64,000 nucleotides of DNA from Rhizodiscina lignyota (lineage: Eukaryota). Below, in pieces: positions 12,255-24,606 of the stretch. The DNA lies in the NCBI GenBank assembly GCA_010015805.1, contig ML978144.1, positions 62,001 to 126,000 on the forward strand. Direction: 5' to 3'. Numbering within the stretch: the stretch's first letter is position 1; each line of letters opens with the position of its first letter. The translations under genes were made by a program, and so were the position numbers. The notes beneath the pieces are model-generated. The model was not told where the DNA came from. It worked only from the letters and a program-made list of their open reading frames with translations, and ran no database searches.

Positions 12255-14335
12255 ATGCCGGCCTCTTTTCGTGAGGGCCTCAGGCTGAAGTTCCACAAAC
12301 AAAACGCAGACCGGATTCCCGAATCAGAATGGAACAGGCACAAGGAAGAGCTTGTATATCTGTTCAAAGAAAAGGACAGGCCCTTGAAGGAAATTGTGCA
12401 ATACATGAAAGATGAGCGACAATTTAATGCTTCGTAAGTTGCATTCGAGAGGCCTGCCACGGGAGGGGCGTCGCCCTCAGCCCATAACTTAATCACGGGC
12501 TGATGATACCCAGAGAACGTCAGTACCGATCAAGATTCAAAGACTGGAAGGTTCGCAAGTATGCGGCGGGACGCGCCGCTTCGACCGCTGCCAGCAACCC
12601 TGAAGCGCCACATGGAGGGGAGGCAGGAAGTCTTCTCACGACACCGGAGTACGAAATCGAAGATCAGGTTCCGATGATGCAGCGGATCAGTCCTTTCAAG
12701 CATCCTCGTAGCGAACATTCTCGTAGCTTTTCGGATTCCGGATATGCTAGCAGCGCTCCTTCCGCCCCAGCGAGAAAGCGCTTCAAGCAGGGAGAGCTCG
12801 CATCGTTCGAAGAGGTTTTGAGCGACAGTTCCGTCTATGGTCCAAGGAAACTTCATAGCAATACGCATCGAAAGTCCTCATCTGAAGAAATATCCCCTGA
12901 CTATGCAGCTGATGTCAATTTAAACAATTGGACAGGAAAACAGCAACTCCTTTCTGCAATTAGTCCCCTGGAGTATTGCAGTAAAATCTCATCGCTCGAT
13001 TTCTCCCGCACGGTCGATACGTACGACATGTATGAGCTCCGTGATATGGAACGAGCGGCCGATTTCCTTTCCTCAATGGGTCTCGCAGAAAAGGCCTTCG
13101 GAATATACGTACTCCTCCTCAAACACGTTCTCGCATGTTTCCCTTGGGCAACACGTGGCAGAGTTACAAGGCTGAAGATTGCATGTGCAAGAACTGCCCG
13201 CAATGAAACGGACTGGGAAATCGTTGACAGTCTGCTGCAACAAAATCATAGCGCTTCTGAGGACCTTTCACTGATCATAGAGGGCTTCAAATACGGCAAA
13301 TTAGTTCTCACAGATCCAATGTACTCATCAGAATCCCACAAGATCGACGCCTTACTAAATGAGCTACCTCCAGAAGACCGGTCTTTGGATCTACTTCTAT
13401 TTCATCTCATTAAGATTCAAGCCACATCCTACGGATCGATTGAGCAGGCAAAGGACATCTTGATTCAGCTACGGCCTGGACCATTTGAGCTGGAGGGGAT
13501 GCATATGAGGAATCCGTGCCTTCGGTCTTGCCTAAATTGGTGTGTCATCGAATTCAGTCGGCATTGGGGTGCTGCAGATATATGTGACACAATTCCTGAG
13601 AGAGCCCAGCCGCTGAAATTCGCGGTTGAGTGTCTCTTCTGCTTCTTTTGGAAACGGTGGCAGAGCGGACAGAACAAGGCACAACCGGACCTTCTCCGCT
13701 GGACGTATGATTCTGAGATTCGAGCGGGGATTTCCGCCTGCGAGTTTCTATTCACAGTTACCCTCCTCATTGTATGGACTTACTTTGATCTGCGATCTCT
13801 CAATGCCCACTGGCTCTCTTGGGACTACGACAAGGACCATGTCTCGGTTATTCTTCAAAGCGCTATCCAGCTAGCACAATCTTCTGACGAAGAACTTGCA
13901 CGCCAATTCCTGGACGTTGTCTTCAAGAAACCGAAGGACTCGTCTGATCCGATAGCACACGTTGTGACGATTGAATCGAGCGAGACGTCGTTAGGCCAGG
14001 AGCACGACGAAGCCGCTGGTCCATTCTGTCTAGCACCAATCACTTGCTGCGCTGAGTCTTATCGGACATCAGCCTCTTCCCTTAAGAATTCTGGTATAAG
14101 TTCCTTTCAACGTCTTACACAGAGCGTACGAAGCCTACGGATCGATTCTGCGGAGCAACCATCTAGTGCCTTCAAGGAGGCATCAAGATATGGACTAGAA
14201 GTGCCTAGCATATCCGAACACTCATATGGGATGCCACGATCTTTGATACTTCCGTCGCTTAGTGAAAGTGACGAAGCATCGGGCTTCGATCGATCTTCCG
14301 TAGCAGACAGTTACGTTGATGCGACTGTGACATGA
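12255..14335 (+). CDS. Clr5-domain protein, 2 exons
   Basis: Exon 1 EWNRHKEELVYLF..PLKEIVQYMKDERQFNAS spliced (gtaagt..cag) to ERQYRSRFKDWKVRK gives the Clr5 N-terminal pattern; long ORF to 14335. Confidence 0.8.
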
Positions 14336-16395
14336 AAGATGAACACAGCACGCTCAGTGATATGCCAATATATCCCGATGCTCAAACCATTGCACACGCG
14401 TGGCGTTATATTGGTTTCTCCAACTCTGGAGGCCTTGCAGGATGAAGAGACCGCAGAAGTGCTGTGCCGAAGAAGTCAGCCTCGCCGGTAAGACGCCATT
14501 TCGGATTTAGACGTTATATTACCCCTGTCTTGCCTATTAGAGCTAACATTGCTAAGAATACGACTAGATGGGGCGTTGAATATAAGCTCACAACCCATTT
14601 CGGCACCGCGGAATGCATGAGCCAGCATGAGCCAAACTGATTCGACCATGGTGGTGCCTGAATTTGGGACCCTCTTCCCTGAGCAAGCTCTCATGGTTCC
14701 TGAAATCAGGCCAGAGTACGGAGGCCTCTAAGCCTACACTCCTTACCAAATCCCTCATCCTATTCTCCACTAAAGACGCCGCAAACTCTCTCTCTCTTTA
14801 TACTCCGCAATGCTGCTCCTGGTCCTTGCGACCGATAATGCACGCTTCGGGGTTGTCGCTCTTGCTGGCTTGTAACGATCAGACTGAAACCCATAGAATC
14901 TCGCCTGCAGCCCCTCGATCTTCTTTCCCATCCCCGCAATGTTCAAGACGCCGAACTCGGCTTGGCATGCCCTTTACATCTCTTTCAATGCTAGGAGGCA
15001 GTTCCCTTTCTGCAAGCTTCGTTTGTGCATCGGCGCGTTGTTTCGGGAAGTTGATTTCTTCCTCGTTATCGAGAACAGCGTATTGCGTACGTATTCGCTC
15101 GCTAGCATCGCCGGGCTCCCATCGTCGTGCACATGTCCGATGATTAGACTCTCTAACGTATGTTCGTAGCTAAGAGCGTTCCTGCCGCTAGCACAGCCCA
15201 GAGCTAGTTACCACTTCGAAGCTTGCGAATCGACCTCGAGAAAGCTCCGAAGTTATAGCTTAAAAGCTCTCAAAGCATTCACAATTCTGCCTCGCTCCAA
15301 TTAGTAAACCCACCGAACACACGAGCACAACCTTCAGCACAATCTAAAACGGCTGAACCACTCCCCACCTCTGCTAAGACAGTAGAGTGAGGCATTGGCC
15401 CCGTCGAGCAGGGCATCGGCGAATCTCCAATCTCACCAGTCTGTGAGTCAAACCCGCTTTAATGTACAATCTGAAACTCCACTGACCCAACTCGCCGAAC
15501 AGAGGAGCTAGAATAGAGCGCCGCTACTCCCTTGAGAAGCACCTCAACAACCGCCCCGAAGCGTAGGATCTCAAGAAAAAGCATATCTTACTTGATACGA
15601 ACGCCGTACCGGCTCTAGAGAGCAAGTGAAGGATGGCATCTTCGAGGAGGGCGAGAATTTGCTCAATACATAGCATTAGACCACCACTTCGCGATGATCG
15701 TTACAGAAAGGCTAAATTAAATACTAAGGCAGGATGTCTGATTAGCATAGTATAGGATGATATCCAACGGCACTTTGTCTTGCTACAACGAAGTCCACTT
15801 CTCCAAAGGACAGGGTTTTTTCTTCTTTCCGTATTTCATCATCCATCGGCGTCTTTTCTTCGCAGAGCTGTGCTCATGACCTCTTCGCCTCATTTCAGAT
15901 GAAGCTGCCGCATTCCGCAATGTCATACCTGTTCGTGTCACTAATGATCTCGCTACAGCTCTTACAGCTCCCAATCCTCCGAAGAGCATTGACTCTAATG
16001 CTATTTTCGTGCGAGTGTAAGGCACAGCGGCTTTCTGATTCCCTGTTATAGCCACCGAGGAGCTCGCTACAGGTTCTAAAGCTCCCCGTCCTCCAAGTAG
16101 CGTTAACTCCGATGCGATTTACGCGCAGTCCTGAGGCACGGTAGATTCTAATTTAGTATGATGACCTTTTTCAGTCTTAATTGCGCTCTATGCACAGCGA
16201 AGCGTCGTAATGATGAAGCAAAGGCCCAGAAACCTCGCTGCTTTACACCATCTGTTACAGGCCGAAAGAGAGCAATAAGTGGACATGATCTATTGATCCT
16301 GTCCGTAATTCAGTAAGGGGTACGATCTCTTCTCTTCCAAGTACTGTGGGCGTTGCACATATTGCTGCTGTATAAGACGCCAGGATCGATCCATC

Positions 16396-19300
16396 ATGAG
16401 AGCATCCGTACGGTATTCTTTCAACCTGGCGATCTTTTGACCACTGACTGTTAACGACATAGATTCTCCGCTACGCTCTTGCGCTCAGGGTCATATGCAG
16501 TACTGTCTCGGCCACTTCTGAAAGCTCTTTCAACTTTACAACTCCATTGACGACGTCAGTGGCTGCAAGATGCTCTCACGTATTCATCTCAGAGCCTGGT
16601 CAGTCGACCAATGTCAATGTTGGCCACATCTTCTGCGAACTACGCTGAACATTCACTAGGCACATCCTGCGGACAGCTCCCTTCGGCGCAGGATTCAGAG
16701 AGTTCTACTCGTATATCATCTACCAAGCCCACACATACCAGCAGCAACGTCGCATCTAGCAAGTTCAAGTCGTACAACTGGAGTCACCCCACAAGTCACA
16801 AGTGATCCTGTATTGAAGACATCAAAGTCCAAGTCGGTTCCCCAATCAGGAAGCCGTCACGTGACAGCAATCATCCTGAATAATTCCACCTATACCTTGA
16901 ACCCAAAATCTCGCTCAACGATCACTGAGGAAGGCATCCAGATTGCTTTCGGAACACAGATGGTCATTGGGTCGAAAACAATAAGGCTCCCATCAAACGC
17001 AACTACAATTGCGACGCAGGGCGTTATACCCTGAAGTTCCGCCCCACCAACTTCAGCCGCACCTCAACCCTACCCAGTGCACCGCATTCCACGGCGAGTT
17101 TGGATTTGCCACACAAGACCTCAAATACGAACAGCCGAAACCATACATACGTGCCGAGTGGCATCTTGACGAGTTCTGGTACACAAGTCTTTACAAGTCG
17201 GCCTCTTTCGTTTGGCACTGCGGGTCGTCGACGGAGCAAGTCCACATCAGTCAAGGCACTGACATCAACTTCTCCCCCATCAACTTCTCTTTCTTCCCGT
17301 CCCACGGCTTCATTTCTGATTGGATCTTCATCTACACCGAAATCATCTGAAACCCCCAAGAGTTCGAATTCTCCTGCATCAAGCATGTCGTCGAGCACCA
17401 GTGCTACAACGTCAAAACCGCCATCACAAACGACCTTATCGTCGCAAGAACTAGTGTCGCATCTGAAACAATATTCTGGCACTGGTCAGAAATCAATCGG
17501 AGTGAACGGCATCACGTTTGTGCTACCATTAACTGGAAGCAGGGAGGTATATCAAGGCGATGGCTCTTCCATCGTTCTAAGTCCTACGGCTTTGGCTATT
17601 GGATCGTCGGCAGCCGACGTTGCTATCGGAGCCGAAGAGACCACGCTTTCCGTTGCAGGTCAGACAGTTACAGTTCAGAATCGGAACCCCCAAAAGAGCA
17701 GTCACGGTAGTGGCGGCCTGTCAGGTCTCTTTGATTTGATGAAGCCCCTTTCCCAAACTGCAGGCGGTCTCGCAAGCTCCGTCGAGCATATTGTCGCACA
17801 AGGAGAGTCATGGGCGGCAGAGCAGATAAGTGATGCTGACTTTGTTCGCAATATTGGATCCAGCGTCGACAAAGCGCGTGCTACAGCCAGTAGCCTCGGA
17901 AACTCTATGTCCGGTGCATTTGCAACCGCCGCCGATTCCTACGAGTTACAGGAAATCACTGGTCGTGCTTGAGCTGCGGTGGAAGCGATTGTTGAAGAGT
18001 TTCCGGAGACAAGGATCATTTTCGATGACCTGATCTCGCTTCAAAACCTCATGAAAGAGAAGCTCCAAGGGAAGAACGCTGATGCAGCTAGAAATGTTCT
18101 GAAGTTGCTGTTCAGAAAGAAGATTGTAGGTGGAGGGGCGTTGGCGTTTTGTACGGTTGCAGCAGCAAAGAAATTTTCTCAAATAGAAAGTCGGCCCACT
18201 TCAGCAACCCCGACAACGACGACAGAGAGCAGCTCCACGACTTCCAAGGCTTCAGAAACAAAGGCATGGTATGTCATAACCTCCAAACCCGGCGCCTCAG
18301 CTTCGGAATTTAAGAAGTTCATCGAGGACCTCGATCATGGAGCAGGGGAACTGACGACATCACCGATGACGAAACCAATATTTTATTATCTAACAGAGCT
18401 GAATGCTACACAAGTCGAAGAGATCGAGAAGAGACCTTTTGTAGAATTCGTCATCGCGGACACACCACTCAACATCAATTGGAACGACGTATCGGTCGAC
18501 CAAAAATATCAATACGTAGCTCCCAGAGCGCCTCAGCAACGTCTACTCAAGCGAGATGATCCAGTCAATGATGATTTCTCGGAGAACCTGAATCTGAGCG
18601 CCATTGTCGATATCCCAATCATTGCCGGAGGAAATTTTGTTGGTTCGCATTATAGCCTACCGGTAAATTTGTCAACCAGTCCGGCCTCTGAATAAAGCTA
18701 CTGAAATGCTCAATCAGAACAATTGCCCTTGGCTTCCTTCTTCGACGAAGACAAAGAGTGAGTAGGGAGACATTGTCCCAACTTCAAAACCGTCCTGAAA
18801 TTCTACAGGCACCACGCCAAGTGATACTCCCACGACAACAAAGACCAGATCGACGTCTGTGCGGCATAGTACTTCCAAGTCCAAGGTCACCACAGCCAAT
18901 GGCCATTCAACTACACAAGCTGCGACCGTCGCTTCTAAATCAAGTAAGGGAAACCCTGAACAAATAGTGCCCGGTGTTGACACTGTGCCTAGGCTTCGAT
19001 CCTGGATTAGCTGGTGCGATCGCATCCGCTGCTGCGGCAGCGGGGAAGTATTCCAAAACTCATACCCGTAATGTCATCAGCTCCGTCACAAATGGATTAG
19101 CACTAAGAAATCATACAGCTTCCAGCACGAAACCACATTCAAGTCGCCCGACAACTTCTACGAGCGATACACCCACTGCTCCCACGAGTAGTACGCCCAA
19201 TACTCCCACAGGTCCCGTTATCGCTCGTACGCCTATAATCTCTCATGCAGTTTCCAAGACTCTGTCCATTCGTTACTGATCTATAATAGCTACGATATGC

Positions 19301-19640
19301 ACCCCCATGAACGCCACATTCGGGGATTGCACGCTTCAGTAATGCTTCCATTCTTCGATACGTCCACTGCTTATGTACATAGTAACGACATCATCGGTAT
19401 TGGGAAAGCTGCTCAGCTTACCCATAGTTGCGACTGCGACGGAAACCCCAAGCACGTCAAAGTCACACCAACGGTTATGTGTTCTCGAATCGTCTGCCCG
19501 AACCAAGTTACTGAAGTATCATGATATCGATTTAGAGGATAAGAAAGCACTTGCTTCGGATTTCGTTAGTGTTTCGAATGTCTTGATCGTACTGTTTGTA
19601 TTCGCTCGGCGCAGGCACCGAGACTGGACGACAACTCCAT
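16396..19640 (+). pseudogene. Disrupted gene for a Ser/Thr-rich secreted protein with a subtilase-prodomain-like segment
   Basis: ATG 16396, intron and signal-like sequence, then successive Ser/Thr-rich ORF fragments in shifting frames. In-frame TGA at 17970-17972 lies between ORFs 17100-17972 and 17979-18695. The segment WYVITSKPGAS..FKKFIEDLD..YLTELNATQVEEIEKRPFVEFV resembles an I9-like prodomain. The end is approximate. Confidence 0.55.
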
Positions 19641-20219
19641 AGTGTTGAAACATTCATTTAGAGCTATTTACAGCGTCACTCTCTAGTTGTGTAAACATAA
19701 CAGCATTTCGTTAAAGGCGACATGAAAGCGAAGGGTTCTCAGAAACGGGACCATAAGCATGAGTGATCCAGGCTAAGACACCACTAGGTGTAACTAAGCA
19801 AGACTAAGCCACGACTGAGCACAACTGAGCAAGAGTTCGGTAGAGCATGAGCAGTGGCAGAGTTAACGTAAAATCCCACAGCGGTATGGAGAGATTGCTG
19901 TTCATGTTTTGATAGCGATGAATATTCCTTGGCAACTTGGGAAGGGCCTTGAGCTCATCGCAGCCTAAGTTACCGATGGCGCTTTAGACTTACTCAGACC
20001 ACGTTCCATTTGCGCTATATAGTCTGGGGAGAATTGGAGATCTTAACTCATTCACATGAAATGCCATTTCGACATCTGCACACATGACAACTGTGTTGAA
20101 TGAAAACATATATTTGTGCACAACTGAACAACTACCCTTACCAGCGCCAGGCTATGATAACCTCTAAAGAAACCAGAAGAGCAATGCAACTAATATCAAA
20201 TCCGAGCCCGAACCATACA

Positions 20220-21150
20220 CTAATAATTACAGATATCGATATGGTTAGGGGCGTTGGCCTTGCCCCAGACCCAGTCGGAACCCAGCACGCTGGCATGGCG
20301 CAGGTTCCAGTACGACCAGAATTGGTAATCGTCATTTCGGAAGTCGCTTTCGGAGTTCGGTGGACAAGTGTTCTTGAAGCTGCTGGTGTGCCAGTCATCG
20401 TGGACAGAGTGATGGAACTTGCCGAAGTAGAACTTCGGATGGTCGCGGTTTTTGTTGGAGTATTGAGTCCAGTCGTTGTTACTGAAGTCGCACATGAGCA
20501 TGATTTCTTCCTGTACAAATCATTTGGCAAAGGGATACTGACCCGTCGAAGGTGTCGTTAATGTCCTCATAACTCTTTTCAGGCTTGTTCCCGTCTGGGT
20601 TAAAGTTAGCTGGAATGCCAAAGCTAAGATAGAGTGGCTAAAAGCGAAGAGACGCACCTTGCTCGAATATCACTGAGCTGCGGACCCAGTTGTTGTCGCC
20701 ATTGGGATTGCTGAACTTCATGACTACTCCTTCCCAGTCGCTCTCGTGCCCAGTATCCTTCTTGAAGTAAACGTAGTAAATGATTCGCCAGGTATTGTCG
20801 CTCTGGCAGAACCCATTAGCGTAATACGTAGGCACGTTGCCAAAGGGCTCGCCAGGGATGTTGTAGTATCCGGTTTGAGGACCCAGCCACTGAGGTTGGG
20901 CAGGACAGTTGTGGCCCAACTTGCCGATGTTGCAGTTGTCTGGGCCGACACCGTTTGTCTGATGGCCGTTGCCATCCTCGGCTGCAGATGGCATGCAGGT
21001 TCCAGATGGCATGTGCCACATAGGCGCGGCAGCTTGAGCAGCTGCGAGACCCAGGTTATCCGTGAACAAGTTTCCCGCTATGGGATTGTTAGCCAGGACA
21101 GTGTTTGCGCCGAGAAGGAGCGCGGAGCCCAGGAAAGTCGTGGATTTCAT
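20220..21150 (-). CDS. Secreted NPP1/NEP1-like protein (NLP), probably type 3, 3 exons
   Basis: Signal peptide MKSTTFLGSALLLGANTVLA, CMPSAA, IIYYVYFKKDTGHESDWEG (variant of GHRHDWE); spliced exons DGNKPEKSY.. and HPKFYFGKFHH..WGKANAP; six Cys. Confidence 0.85.
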
Positions 21151-23074
21151 TGCTGCAAATGCTGAAAGGGTAACTGAAAGAAGGAGGTATTGAAATATGC
21201 ACTGAGAAGAGAGGTATCTGGCTGATGGCTTGAGATTGAAGTTGTCGTATCAGACCTACTCCTTATATATCTGCACTGAGAGCTTTCAAAATGCATCGCA
21301 ATTCACAGAGATCCAAAATATTGCTGAAAATAGACTTTCAGATCGAATTGGGATGTTGCTGAATTGTAGAGCCGTACAACCATAACGGGCTCGAGTCCGA
21401 ATTGCACTTTAGCTTCCAGGAGCTTGAATCGTGCAACGGCTGAGGCCAAGGCGTAACTATGCACTTTGAAGGCAAGCTCCAGCCATAGTGCAGACCTAGA
21501 ATGGAGGCTAAGCGCCCGTGATGTGGCGGTGCTATTGGAGTAGATGTTAATATCGGGGAAGACCTGCAAATGGTCCAATAAGCAGAGAGAAGGCTGACTA
21601 TGTTCGATGTAACATGGCCAATATTCTTCTGCGAAGTCTGCAAAATATCAAAGCGGCCCCATTCGGAGTGTCTATTGAGTCTCCTGAGCATTGTGGGATA
21701 ATGGTGAGATGAGTCGAGTATCATACGAGAATGAAAACTTTGACGAGTGTACAATTGCCATACTCTACCGATAATCATTCGAAGACCGACGCCTATATCC
21801 CATTTTTTACGAAGCAATAGATCTCCAATCGCAATATTCCGTATTTATGCCAGACTTTCAATGAGTTTGCGACGAAGACGCGATCGCGTCCTGCAGTTGT
21901 TGTGTTGGCGAAGGGTACCTGCATCACCAGCTGAAAGGCTTGCCGCCACGATTGCGGGTCAGCCTCATGACCAGTTACCAAGCTACTTGGCGCTGACGAG
22001 GGACGGCGAATGACAGTCTTTGGTAGCGAATATTTCTACATGGCTAACTCTCATTAGATATATCTTGCGATGGCACCTGTATGCTATCTAATTTTGAAGT
22101 CATAGGAGTTCCAAGGAGTCGATGACAGGCTTTCGTACCGAAGCGCTGGCGACCCTATGCTCTCATCCGGTCTCTGTGCAGGTATTAATCATTGGCCATG
22201 AAGGCCTGCGACGAGTTTTAGATTGCAAGACATTCTTATGTATTAGAGAGAGCTGGTGGATTGTGAGAATCTTACTTTGCTGCATGCAAATAGCGACATC
22301 GTACCCGCATCTACTCATAGGGTTAACATCGAGTTTGATACAAACGAACAAGCTATCAAGTCTCAGATTCACATAAATAGATGCCAAACTGTTCAGCTGG
22401 TAGATTGCAATTGATGCATGGAAATACATATGATCTTCATCTCAAGGTGCTGCCCAGATCTAAATTTTGGTCTCGGAGGTTTATTCCGCTTCTGGAATAG
22501 CTTCCTCCGCAGTTCTGAGAAACTCAAAGCATCTATCCTGTACCAGTGCACAAGATATAACAGTAGCATCCGCAATCTTCTTTCTGTTCTTCTCATTTCG
22601 TGTTCTCCGCTAGTCTTTTAAGTTGTAGCTGTGGCGAAGTGGTAGGTTTCCCGATTTTCAAGGTTCGCTATTGGAGCGCATGTGGCGCTGCAATTTCCTT
22701 GGAATGTCACGTCAACCAATGCGAACATGGTTGGCGGGCTTCCTTCGACCGCTCGAGACTTCGACTTTTCAAAAGGGAATAGCAAGAGAATCTATCAGTG
22801 CCTCAATATGGCGATGTGCGATGATTCTCGTCCCTACTTACGGAATAGATGAAGCTCGCCGTTCCTGTCTTTCCTCTCTCTGAGTCTTCGGAACTGTCTC
22901 AAACCCGTCGCGCGTCGGCATCTCACCACCTACCTCACTGATCATTCCAAGACACTTTACAACATCGATAGCTTATGCCATTTGCCTCCAAGTACCAATC
23001 CTAACAGATATCACGACATACCTCGCAACGTCCTCGCGACCCTCCGTCTCCGCGACCCCCTCAACTAAACCACG

Positions 23075-23500
23075 ATGTCTCTCGATCACCTCCTTCGCCG
23101 CTGCGTCCAATGCCCTTCGACCACTCCGACCTGCCCTACCTGTGACCCCAGCGAGACATGCGTGATCAGCACGCAGACCTGCGATTCGTGTGCCGCGGCA
23201 AAATGCGAGGGGGTCATCGCCTCGGGCTCTGTCTTCTCTACGCAACCTACAAGCTCTCTTACACTCCCGAGCTCATCGGTCCACCTTAGCACGAGACCAC
23301 CTCCGGACGTCACTGGAACAAGAGCGACATCGGTGGCCACAAGCTCCACAGCGAGCACAACGACATCAGCCTCAGGCGCGTCGAGTGTGTCGGTTGCCGC
23401 GCAGAGTTCTTCGATAGGCGTAGCGAGCAACATAGCCATCGACACGAGCGGTGCTGCTGCGCTTTTGTTGGTTTTCGCAGCAATGTTCCGTCTGGTATGA
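23075..23500 (+). CDS. Small Opy2-type Cys-rich domain protein with Ser/Thr stalk and hydrophobic C-terminus
   Basis: LLRRCVQCPSTTPTCPTCDPSETCVISTQTCDSCAAAKC (8 Cys, Opy2-like spacing), Ser/Thr-rich linker, C-terminal GAAALLLVFAAMFRLV. Confidence 0.7.
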   Translation: MSLDHLLRRCVQCPSTTPTCPTCDPSETCVISTQTCDSCAAAKCEGVIASGSVFSTQPTSSLTLPSSSVHLSTRPPPDVTGTRATSVATSSTASTTTSASGASSVSVAAQSSSIGVASNIAIDTSGAAALLLVFAAMFRLV

Positions 23501-24078
23501 CCGCCATAGCTTCTTGCAGAATAAGTCGACGATGGAACTAGGGTGTCAGTGAACTATATTGGAAGCGATCATCGAAAGTACGTAAAATCGGTACACAGGA
23601 AAGCCGCCATGGCTATAAGTGGAAGGATAATGCGTAGAAGAGGCCAGGCCAACACCACTTCTAGCCTGGACCGCTTATCTGGCATTCGATGAAGTACATA
23701 CTCAGCGGGCGAAACACGGAAGAATAGTTGCATGGAACCAAAGTCATGCAAGAGATTGAGGAGATCTTGCGTGCTTCTCTCTTGTTCAGGTGAAAGCTTT
23801 AAAGCATGAGCTTCCTGAGCTCTTGTCTCAAATCCGGCAATGTAGCGAAGCGACCAATCGAGGCATCTCGGGAGAGGCGACTGGAGTGGTTCTAATATTT
23901 ACATTCACGATGGATTGTGACGAGAAGAGCGCGGACATCGGATCAGTAGTAATCATAATTTTTGAACCAATAATATTACAACATCACTAACTAGGTAGGT
24001 ACACGTATTACTTTATACAAATAACTTAAATATGACTCCGATCTTCTGTTTATTGAGTAGGAACTCCTTTTCTCGAAA

Positions 24079-24606
24079 ATGTCTGTCAAGGTTAAGCAAG
24101 TCCATCATGTTGGGTATGACCCTCAATGCCTCCGTATTAGCTGGTGAGCAATTGATCTGATGCGCACTAGACTAACGGTTTCGGATTTCTCGCGTCACAA
24201 AAAGCTCTTTGAGGATGTCTTCAGCTTCAAACTCTTCTTCGAGGACGTTATGACCGGTCCGCCAACCTCGTGCACCGGCGTCAAAACCGACGGCATCGAT
24301 TTTGCATTTTACTCAGCCGGAGACCCGAGCGTTATGATCGAGATATGTCACTTCAAAGAATCCGGTTCGGATAGCGAGGGAGTGGTGAAGAGAACGTCGG
24401 ACGTCGGCTGCTCTCATTTTGCTTTCGTGGTGGAAGACATCAAGGGCACTATTCAGAAGATGCAGGCCGTCGGGGTGAAGCTTCTGTCGGAACCGATAAC
24501 CATGACAGAGGGGCCGGGCAAAGGCACGCTCGTTACTTGGATGCGGGATTGGGATGGCCACTCGTATGAGCTTTGCCAGTTACCAGAAGGCGTAACGGCG
24601 CTGTGA
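24079..24606 (+). CDS. Glyoxalase/VOC-fold protein (methylmalonyl-CoA epimerase-like), 2 exons
   Basis: MSVKVKQVHHVG|LTVSD after splicing; probable metal ligands H (HHVG), E (MIEI), H (SHFAF), E (DWDGHSYEL). Confidence 0.85.

Noticed and set aside
14476..15640. Minus-strand ORF fragments that may be a degenerate gene
   Set aside because: Interrupted by stops, with no recognisable motif or convincing splice model.
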